From: Candidatus Hydrothermarchaeum profundi
Lineage (GTDB): Archaea; Hydrothermarchaeota; Hydrothermarchaeia; Hydrothermarchaeales; Hydrothermarchaeaceae
Assembly: GCA_002011125.2 (NCBI GenBank)
Contig: MTMF02000009.1
Coordinates: 460,006-524,005, forward strand
DNA: 64,000 bases
Direction: 5' to 3'
Shown: positions 57,169-64,000 of the stretch, piece by piece
How the letters are laid out: each line of letters opens with the position of its first letter
How positions within the stretch are numbered: the first letter of the stretch is position 1
Notes under the pieces: generated by a model
Database searches by the model: none
What the model was told of the DNA's origin: nothing
The model's input: only the letters and a program-made list of their open reading frames with translations
Made by a program: the position numbers and the translations under genes

Positions 57169-57546
57169 ATGCCAGAAGAGCTGTACACAAAAAAAGAATA
57201 CGGGTCGTTACTGATAAAGACCCTGGGAGACTCGCCAAAGCTGAGGATAATAGATTTCTTCCTAGACAACCCTATGTTCGACTTTACCAAGAAAGAAGTC
57301 ATCGAAGCCCTAGGAATGAGCAAGCAAACCCTCTACAAGTACTTCCCGGATTTGGAAGAATATGGGGTGATCGAAGTTTCTAGGAAGATAGGAAAAGCCA
57401 AACTCTACAAGATAAACTTGAAGCATCCCCTAGTCAGTATGCTTAGGGAATACGAGAAAAAAATCTCGCTTCAAATAGCAGAGAAAGAAAGAGCCAAACT
57501 TCAAGAACCCGTGCCAACGCAGCCCAGGGAAAAATTGAAAACTTAA
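57169..57546 (+). CDS. Winged-helix DNA-binding protein
   Basis: LGDSP.LRIIDF...DFTK.E.....GMS..TLY.....L...G.I...R.IGKAKLY.IN. Confidence 0.85.
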   Translation: MPEELYTKKEYGSLLIKTLGDSPKLRIIDFFLDNPMFDFTKKEVIEALGMSKQTLYKYFPDLEEYGVIEVSRKIGKAKLYKINLKHPLVSMLREYEKKISLQIAEKERAKLQEPVPTQPREKLKT

Positions 57547-57683
57547 ATCGGCTAACCGCAAAAACCTAAAACCACCAAAAACGGCCATTATAAGTTTTTA
57601 AGTTCAGACCTGAATATTTACCTAGCCCTCGGCGCTTTTTTTACCGGTAAATTAGGGAAAGACAAAGACTATCTAGGAAAGGG

Positions 57684-57743
57684 CTATTTATGTCTAATTG
57701 CCCCAAGACGTCCATAAAAAATGTTTACATCTACTAGGATCAT
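57684..57743 (-). pseudogene. Truncated PIN (VapC) toxin remnant
   Basis: ATGA overlap with the upstream gene. Reads MILVDVNIF; removing one T from a T6 run continues as MDVL (typical PIN N-terminus); the rest is missing. Confidence 0.65.
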
Positions 57744-58188
57744 GCTCTCATCCTTTCCCAGATTATTTTCCTGATTTCTCGCTTCTCTTCTTCAAGAGAC
57801 ATCTCAGACTGGGTCCCGACAAGATTGAATAACGCTTTATCCACCCTGGATGAGGGGAAGTGCTGCATGAACTCCTCTTCTGGGGTGAGAACTTTCCGAT
57901 GGATCTTCGACTTCCGGATGAACTCACCGTACCGAATAAACGTATCTGAGGAGATCGTGGAGGGCATGTGGTTATACTTCTTCTTTATTTTCGATATACC
58001 GACCTCTCCTCCTGTGAAAGCCTTTCCCACAGAACTCTGCCAATCTTGAGCCCGTTCTCTGTCAGGCTGAAGACCTCGATCTTCATTTCTTTTATCTGGG
58101 CCGGGGGGAGGTTTTCCACACACTATTCATCTGCTACTTTAAGGTAGTCCCCGTCGAAAATCTCCACAGGTTTTTCTTCTATCTCTAA
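57740..58188 (-). pseudogene. Disrupted DUF4065/SocA(Panacea)-like antitoxin
   Basis: Frames stitch to LEIEEKPVE...VADE*...VFSLTENGLKIGRVLWERLS / ISKIKKKYNHMP / HDLLRYVY / YGEFIRKSKI...RMRA. Internal TAG, several frameshifts, 5' end missing. Confidence 0.55.
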
Positions 58189-58285
58189 GGCTCAAATCTG
58201 ATTCAAAGTTTCTCTGTAGTTGAAGACCTTCCTTGAAGGCAAGTTTGGCCTAGGGGGTCGCAATTTATGGGTTTCGGGTGGGTAA

Positions 58286-58321
58286 TAAATGACAACCTAA
58301 ATGACAACCTAAACGACAACC
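58286..58321. repeat. 12-bp tandem repeat x3 (TAAAYGACAACC) abutting the fic stop codon
   Basis: Units at 58286, 58298 and 58310. Confidence 0.9.
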
Positions 58322-58322
58322 A

Positions 58323-59360
58323 TCATTTAAGTTCATAATGGGCGCCTCTCCCGCTTCCTTTGAGTTCTATCACATCCATTTTGACGAGTTTTGATAGTTC
58401 CTTTAAGGCTGCCTGCCTGGTGATTTTAAACATATTTGCCACATTTCCTGCCGTTATCCTTCCGTTTCTCTGCATGAATTCTATTATTTTCATTTGTCTT
58501 TCGGTTAAAGCAATCTGTCCTTTTTCCTTTCTTTTTCTTCCTTCAACAGAGAGCTGTAGAACTTTTTCTTTAACCCTTGATATTGAAATCTTTACTCCTT
58601 CTGTGAAATACTCAAGCCATGGGGTCAAATCAAGTGCGTTCTGATCAACCGATTTTAGAGCTTCATAATAGGCTCTTCTGTCACTGTCATAATAATCATC
58701 CAGTGTAAAGAACCTTTTGATGTCAAATTCTCTTAGATAGAGAATAAGGGTGGCAAGTGCCCTTGCGGTTCTTCCATTTCCGTCTGCAAAGGGATGAACC
58801 CTCACGAATTCATAGTGGGAAATGCCAGCAACAATAACAGGATGAAGTTCAAGAGTTTCTTTGGAATTAAGCCATTTGATAAAGTTTTTCATCAATTCGG
58901 GGACTTCCTCTGACGGTGGAGGCATGAATATAACCTGGCCTGTAATTCTATTGCCAACATAGACCAGAATTTTTCTGTATTTTCCTTCCCATTCTGGATT
59001 ATCAAGCGTGTCTTTTGTTATGTCTTTATGCAACTTTAAGATGTGTTCCTCTGTAATCTTTCCGTTTTTCTGATATTTTTCTATGTTTTCAAGCACTTTT
59101 AGATAATTCAGGACTTCCTGTTTTGCCCTTCTTGTCGCGGTTACCTTTCTTCCCTGTGCGAGGTTGCTTACTTCCTCAAGAGTTAATGGATTTCCTTCAA
59201 TGGCTGTGGATGCATGGGTTGCCCTGATTAGGGCTTCTCTTCTCAAAGATATCTCCCATTTAGGAATGAGATATGCATTCAGAATAACCTCTCTTGCCGA
59301 GGTAATTTCAACGAGGTTGTTGACTATGGCGTTCGTGTATCTGAAATTTGGCTTAAGCAT
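58323..59360 (-). CDS. Fic family protein (class II) with C-terminal wHTH
   Basis: HPFADGNGRTAR Fic motif; inhibitory STAIEGN helix; LTERQ..I...wHTH...G.GRG..Y. Confidence 0.93.
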   Translation of the reverse strand: MLKPNFRYTNAIVNNLVEITSAREVILNAYLIPKWEISLRREALIRATHASTAIEGNPLTLEEVSNLAQGRKVTATRRAKQEVLNYLKVLENIEKYQKNGKITEEHILKLHKDITKDTLDNPEWEGKYRKILVYVGNRITGQVIFMPPPSEEVPELMKNFIKWLNSKETLELHPVIVAGISHYEFVRVHPFADGNGRTARALATLILYLREFDIKRFFTLDDYYDSDRRAYYEALKSVDQNALDLTPWLEYFTEGVKISISRVKEKVLQLSVEGRKRKEKGQIALTERQMKIIEFMQRNGRITAGNVANMFKITRQAALKELSKLVKMDVIELKGSGRGAHYELK

Positions 59361-62300
59361 TTTCTCCCTCTATCACTTTAACCCAAGGGTGGGATTTTAT
59401 CTTTTTAATAGTTTCCATTATCTCCCCATCCGCAGTTATCTCCTCATAGACCTTTTCAATGGCTGTCATCTTTTCTTCATCCGACCCCAACTCTTCAATA
59501 TCAATAAGATAGGGCTCCACCAGTTCGGCAAGATTGGTGGGCACGCCGTCTTCTTGGAATTTTTCTTTGAAGTATAATGAATAAATTAAAGAATCAAGTA
59601 TTTTTCCAGAAAAAAAATCAATAATTTTAGAAACTTGATGAGCATTATTATTGAGAAAAATTAAGTAACTTGACAGTTTTAAAAATCCTGTAATTTTTTC
59701 GGGGATTATAATTGGAAGATCTTTTAGAAACGAAATTGGATATCTTAAAGAACCTTGTGGGATTCTAGCAGAATAGAATTTTTTCTTGTGAATCCAGTTA
59801 AATAATTTTGAATTCAACAACGTTAAAATATACTTATTTTTCTCGATGTCGTTTGTACTAAAAGAATGGACAGCAACTAATAAACCAATGCCTTCAGTGT
59901 CAATAGCTGCAGTTAATTTTTTTGCAACCCCTCGAATTATTATTTTGTTTTTCTGTAAAAACAAATCTTTTGTGTCATCAGATAGAGGAGCACTCTCAAT
60001 GGAGATATGCGGAAAATTGAAATTCTTTTTATAGATTTTTACATTTTTACCCCACAAAAATCCATAAGGTTTTATGTAGCTATTTGTTACGATTTTGCAA
60101 GATTTTTTGTCAGTCTTTCCTTCGTGTATATAGGACTCCATATTCCAATATTCAAATCCCATGACCCCTGTTCGAACATCTCCGACCTGTCCCAATGGAA
60201 CTGAATTAGAACTACTTGAGCTGAGTATTTCATTTACACTCTTATCACTGAAGACTTGGAAATGTCCACTGGCAGAATCAATTAATTCGCTTTTTTTGAT
60301 AGATTTGCCTTTATTTTTATTTAAAGTTCCTAGTTCTTTTTCGGATTCAATTATGATAATTTTTACTTGATAGTCTCTTTCATTTTTTTCTTTTCTTAGG
60401 ATCATTACAGCTGTCGAAACTAAAGCATCTTGGAAGATACTCTTTGCTTTTGAAAAATCAATTATTTCCCTGATAGTACAATTTTTTAAAAGAAAATCTC
60501 TTAACTTTTTCCCGTAATCTGCAACAAAATATTTGTTAGATGTAATATAACCCATAAGCCCCTTTTCGTTCAAAACATTGATTGATTTTTCAAAGAACAG
60601 AATGTAGATATCATACGGCCCGTATGCAGTAGAATAAATTTTATTAAATATCTTTTTTTCAGCAGGGATCTTTGAGGCTTTCACATATGGTGGATTCCCT
60701 ATCAAAATATCGAAACCTCTTTCACCTTTTGGTCTATCAGGATCAAAAACTTCATAGAACTCAAAGCCCCAATGGAAGGGGTGGAGGGCCTCAAGCTCTT
60801 CTTTGGAGATTTTGATTTTGTAATCCACAGTAAGCATCCTGTGGAATTTTTCATTGAGCTCTGGTCTGAACTTCTCGTTAATCCGCTCGATGTCCCTTTT
60901 CAAATTCTCGGCAATCTTCGGGTCAGTAGTGGCTTTGTATTGATCAAGAAGAGCCCCCTTTGCTTTTATTATTTGCATTGTCGTATCTGCAGAGTCCAGG
61001 GTCGTCTGTTCCACAAGGGGGGCTTCCACAAAGCCGATTAGACTGTTGCCGTGCATGATATTGTAATCGATGTTGGGGAGGGGTTCCACGCTCTCGATAC
61101 TCAGGTCAGAGATCATGGAAAGCCACAGCCTGAGCTTTGCGATTTCGACAGCCCCATCCTCTAAATCGACGCCGTAGATGTTTTGGGTGGCTATGATCCT
61201 CTTAAAATAATAATCTGGGGAACCATAACTATCAATGGCCTTGTTCTCGGCGGAAAAAACCAACTCGTCTTTAAGAATTCTATAGCACTTGCGATAGAGG
61301 GCAAGAAGTATCTTGTGGGCGGCCATGAGAAATGCTCCGCTCCCGCAGGCGTTATCCAGCACCCGGAGTTCTTTCAAAATATTGAAATAGAGATAGGAGA
61401 CCCTGTCAATTTCATTTTTGGAGAATTCCTGCTTGTCCAGCAATTCGGACCAGATGTTCTTGTAATCTGTCCCAAACCTCTCGTTCAGCCTGTCCCGTAG
61501 ATATGGATAGATGGTGTTCATGGATATGTATTCGGTTATTTCCGAGGGGGTATAATAGGCCCCCTTGCACTTCCTCCCTGTTACACTCTGCTCGAAAATG
61601 TGGCCGAGTATCGAGGGAGTCAGGACGACCGCATCCTCATGCCGTTCCTCAACGACCCACTCATAGGAGTCAAAGAGTCTGAAAATCTCTCCCCATATCC
61701 CGTCCTTTATCGATATCTCATTATCAATCTCAACCTCCTTCTTTCTAAAAAGACCTCCATTGAGATAGGGAATGTTTCCAAGATTTACTCCGTTCACTTC
61801 GATTTTTTCATGAAAAGGGTGGTCATAGTTGAAGGCATTGAAGAAGAGGGGTTTGAGGTAGTCGTTGAAGAAATTCCTTTTTTTGTCCCTGTTTCTATAG
61901 AGATTTGTTAAGTAATCCTTTTCTATAATCTCTCTGCTTTGGAGGAAATAGATGAAAATAATCCTATCAAGAAGCACTTGGGAATAAAACCATCTCTCAT
62001 CGTCATCCAGTCCCTTTAGCGAATCTGAAAGTCTGGTCTTTATAACCTTATATTCATCATAGAACTTCTTTACAAGGGGTTTGGTATCAAAAAGTGCCTG
62101 GAAACTGTCATTGTATGCTTTGTCTTCATATTTCAGGGCATTCAGCAACTGGAGCCTGCTCAGCTTTGTATAGTCCCTCTCCCTGCGGTTCTTGTCATAG
62201 ACGAACTTGAAAGGAGTATGGTATTCAGAGAATATATAGTAAACGTCGAAGTCATTATCTATGAAAATGTAGTAGGGCGTCATATGGACACCCTTCTTTT

Positions 62301-62469
62301 CTCGAAATAATTGATAGGCGTGTGAGTAATTCAAATCATCAGTGAAATAATACTTGGCTTTATGCTCCCTGTCGATCCAGAAAGTCTCCTCATCAATGTA
62401 TACAAAACCCTTATCATGGAAAAAATGCTCCTCAAAGTCTTCCCTCGAAGAGATGTCTTCAAACTTCAT
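59353..62469 (-). CDS. Eco57I/type IIG-like N6-adenine DNA methyltransferase with TaqI-C-like target recognition domain
   Basis: IPYLNGGLF; LG..FE; GAYYTP; motif I LDNACGSGAF; IYGVD; PLPNID.NI..GNSL; motif IV GFD.LIGNPPY; LLNSKL. Confidence 0.9.
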   Translation of the reverse strand: MKFEDISSREDFEEHFFHDKGFVYIDEETFWIDREHKAKYYFTDDLNYSHAYQLFREKKGVHMTPYYIFIDNDFDVYYIFSEYHTPFKFVYDKNRRERDYTKLSRLQLLNALKYEDKAYNDSFQALFDTKPLVKKFYDEYKVIKTRLSDSLKGLDDDERWFYSQVLLDRIIFIYFLQSREIIEKDYLTNLYRNRDKKRNFFNDYLKPLFFNAFNYDHPFHEKIEVNGVNLGNIPYLNGGLFRKKEVEIDNEISIKDGIWGEIFRLFDSYEWVVEERHEDAVVLTPSILGHIFEQSVTGRKCKGAYYTPSEITEYISMNTIYPYLRDRLNERFGTDYKNIWSELLDKQEFSKNEIDRVSYLYFNILKELRVLDNACGSGAFLMAAHKILLALYRKCYRILKDELVFSAENKAIDSYGSPDYYFKRIIATQNIYGVDLEDGAVEIAKLRLWLSMISDLSIESVEPLPNIDYNIMHGNSLIGFVEAPLVEQTTLDSADTTMQIIKAKGALLDQYKATTDPKIAENLKRDIERINEKFRPELNEKFHRMLTVDYKIKISKEELEALHPFHWGFEFYEVFDPDRPKGERGFDILIGNPPYVKASKIPAEKKIFNKIYSTAYGPYDIYILFFEKSINVLNEKGLMGYITSNKYFVADYGKKLRDFLLKNCTIREIIDFSKAKSIFQDALVSTAVMILRKEKNERDYQVKIIIIESEKELGTLNKNKGKSIKKSELIDSASGHFQVFSDKSVNEILSSSSSNSVPLGQVGDVRTGVMGFEYWNMESYIHEGKTDKKSCKIVTNSYIKPYGFLWGKNVKIYKKNFNFPHISIESAPLSDDTKDLFLQKNKIIIRGVAKKLTAAIDTEGIGLLVAVHSFSTNDIEKNKYILTLLNSKLFNWIHKKKFYSARIPQGSLRYPISFLKDLPIIIPEKITGFLKLSSYLIFLNNNAHQVSKIIDFFSGKILDSLIYSLYFKEKFQEDGVPTNLAELVEPYLIDIEELGSDEEKMTAIEKVYEEITADGEIMETIKKIKSHPWVKVIEGENA

Positions 62470-64000
62470 TCTAAGGCCTCACTGCAAACGATGTAGGTAA
62501 GGGGATCCTCTTTCTCCTCAATCTCCTCAACCATTCTCGCAAGATTGTGGTCATAATACAATATCTCAAGTTTCTTCATCAACTCTTCCCCCTTAATCTC
62601 GTTGTTTTTAATCAATGTTAACTGTTTGTTCAACGGCTTTGATGGAATCTCTGTGGTGAAGACCCTTTCAAACTCTACGATCTTCGATATTAGGTCTTCC
62701 TTCTCTTTCGCATCTTCGAATTCTGATACCTCGACCTCTTTTCGAAACTCGTTTAGGGCTTTTTTGATATACCTCTGGCCGGTAGTGAGCTTCACTTTCT
62801 CCCCGGCATCTTCGGCCTCTTTAACCATCTGGGAAAACTTCTTCTTCATATCAGAAACCGTCTTGTTATATCCTGGCGGAATCTTGAGCACCGGCTCATC
62901 CTTATTACATTTTATGATTTTGAGAATCTTAGCCTCATCTTCAAAGACGATATTACCCTTCGGGTCCAGTAAGTATAGCCTCTTGTAGTTGCCTTTCTTC
63001 AAAAACACAAACCGATACTTGTTCCCATCTGGTGATTGTCTGGCGCTCCTGACCCCCATGGAGATATTTTTAATCCTTTCAAGGAGTTCAGGCTCTTCTT
63101 TCTGGAGTTTTCTGATGATATCCTCTGCCTCAGATACCTTTACTTTCTCATCCTCTTCTTCAAACCGGTCAAGCTCTTCTGGGTTCTCGTCATATATTGC
63201 ATACATGGCTTCGGTGTTCAACATTTCCCTAGTATGGAGGATGTACGTATCCTCGCCGATGGCAGTATGTATCTCTTTTATTCTAATATCGAGTTTTTCC
63301 TTAAGCTTCAGGTTCTTCTCAAGCTTTTTCTCAGGGAGAAAATTGTAAACTCTGATAACCTCGGCCTCTGTTCCGATCCGATCCACCCTGCCAATCCTCT
63401 GAATCAGTCTGACTGGGTTCCAGTGAAGGTCGTAGTTAATAACATCAGAGCAGTCCTGTAGATTTAAGCCTTCTGAGAGGACATCTGTTGATATTAGGAT
63501 ATCTATCTCTTCCTCTCCATTTTCAAACGTATATTGATTAGAGCGTGGAGCGAACCGTCCAACAACCTTATGCCGGTCTTTAGTATTACCGGTTATGACC
63601 TCCATGTTCCTCTTGAAGTGACCTTTAAGTTCTTCATAGATATAATTGGCTGTGTCCACGAATTCTGTAAAAACAAGAACCTTCTTTCCCTTGAGTTCCG
63701 GGGATTTTAATTTAGTCATTAGTTCGCGAAGTTTTGTATCAGTCCATAGCCCGGGAATATCCTTTACAAGACCGAATATCTCCTCCAAAATCCTCAGGTC
63801 TGAACTGATATCGGCTTCAAGAGCCGGGACATCAAAATCTTTTATGTCATATTTCTCTGACAGGCCTTCAATATTCTGCAAAATCTCAGCAAGGTCCTCA
63901 TCTTCCTCAATTTGCGAGTCATAGATGACCTTCTGGACCTCTTCCCCAGCAGGTACATATCCTTTTTTTAATGCTTCAAGAAAAATTGTATTGATTTTTA
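62466..64000 (-). CDS. SNF2-like helicase, C-terminal part (5' end beyond window)
   Basis: KVLVFTEF.DTA.Y; STDVLSEGLNLQD; NYDL.WNP.RL.QR.GRVDRIG. Frame stays open from the track start (63881) to the window end. ATGA overlap with the MTase gene. Confidence 0.92.
   Translation of the reverse strand, partial: KINTIFLEALKKGYVPAGEEVQKVIYDSQIEEDEDLAEILQNIEGLSEKYDIKDFDVPALEADISSDLRILEEIFGLVKDIPGLWTDTKLRELMTKLKSPELKGKKVLVFTEFVDTANYIYEELKGHFKRNMEVITGNTKDRHKVVGRFAPRSNQYTFENGEEEIDILISTDVLSEGLNLQDCSDVINYDLHWNPVRLIQRIGRVDRIGTEAEVIRVYNFLPEKKLEKNLKLKEKLDIRIKEIHTAIGEDTYILHTREMLNTEAMYAIYDENPEELDRFEEEDEKVKVSEAEDIIRKLQKEEPELLERIKNISMGVRSARQSPDGNKYRFVFLKKGNYKRLYLLDPKGNIVFEDEAKILKIIKCNKDEPVLKIPPGYNKTVSDMKKKFSQMVKEAEDAGEKVKLTTGQRYIKKALNEFRKEVEVSEFEDAKEKEDLISKIVEFERVFTTEIPSKPLNKQLTLIKNNEIKGEELMKKLEILYYDHNLARMVEEIEEKEDPLTYIVCSEALE

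Larger units (their letters stand above)
56677..57636. mobile_element. Small integrated cassette at the tRNA-Ser 3' end
   Basis: Core CCCCGGC-GCT (56677) recurs as CCTCGGC-GCT (57627), preceded by the same AGTTCAGA-N18 arm seen at the tRNA-Tyr junctions. Confidence 0.6.

Noticed and set aside
58286-58321. Repeat considered as a CRISPR array
   Set aside because: 12-bp units with no spacers; no CRISPR array or cas gene was seen in the window.
59353-64000. Calling the island DISARM or BREX
   Set aside because: No drmA/B/C, pglZ or brxC is visible; the upstream part lies outside the window.

Overview
Core chromosome of an AT-rich archaeon (standard genetic code, frequent TTG/GTG starts). It is euryarchaeal-type: split RpoB and RpoA, PolD, DNA gyrase, and BHB tRNA introns. 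A Hydrothermarchaeota-like lineage is an inference only. Left to right: (1) a nitrogen-assimilation block (SudAB/NfnAB, Lrp and RHH regulators, glnA, three-gene split glutamate synthase) and a K+ channel with a separate RCK subunit; (2) a replication cluster (gyrBA, rfcL, truA, radB, DP2, DP1, cdc6) ending at a probable oriC with ORB boxes (~23.8-24.4 kb); (3) housekeeping genes (glyS, CBS, USP, MazG, Sec61beta, hemD, srp19, gar1, tfb, pyrF, dys); (4) tRNA-Tyr followed by stacked small toxin-antitoxin/cargo cassettes; (5) 5S rRNA, tRNA-Asp and tRNA-Lys running into the RNA polymerase/str operon and tRNA-Ser; (6) a defence island (wHTH pair, decayed TA pair, Fic, Eco57I-like MTase, SNF2-like helicase cut by the window end). 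Main hunt results: a family of integrase-less cassettes at two different tRNA 3' ends sharing one att architecture; a promoter-hairpin-oligoU small RNA candidate behind tfb; a ~60% GC tfb core inside a low-GC gene neighbourhood; a shared 7-3-7 operator at the glnA and glt promoters; and apparent ATA initiation of rpoH. All calls come from reading the sequence; no database searches were run.
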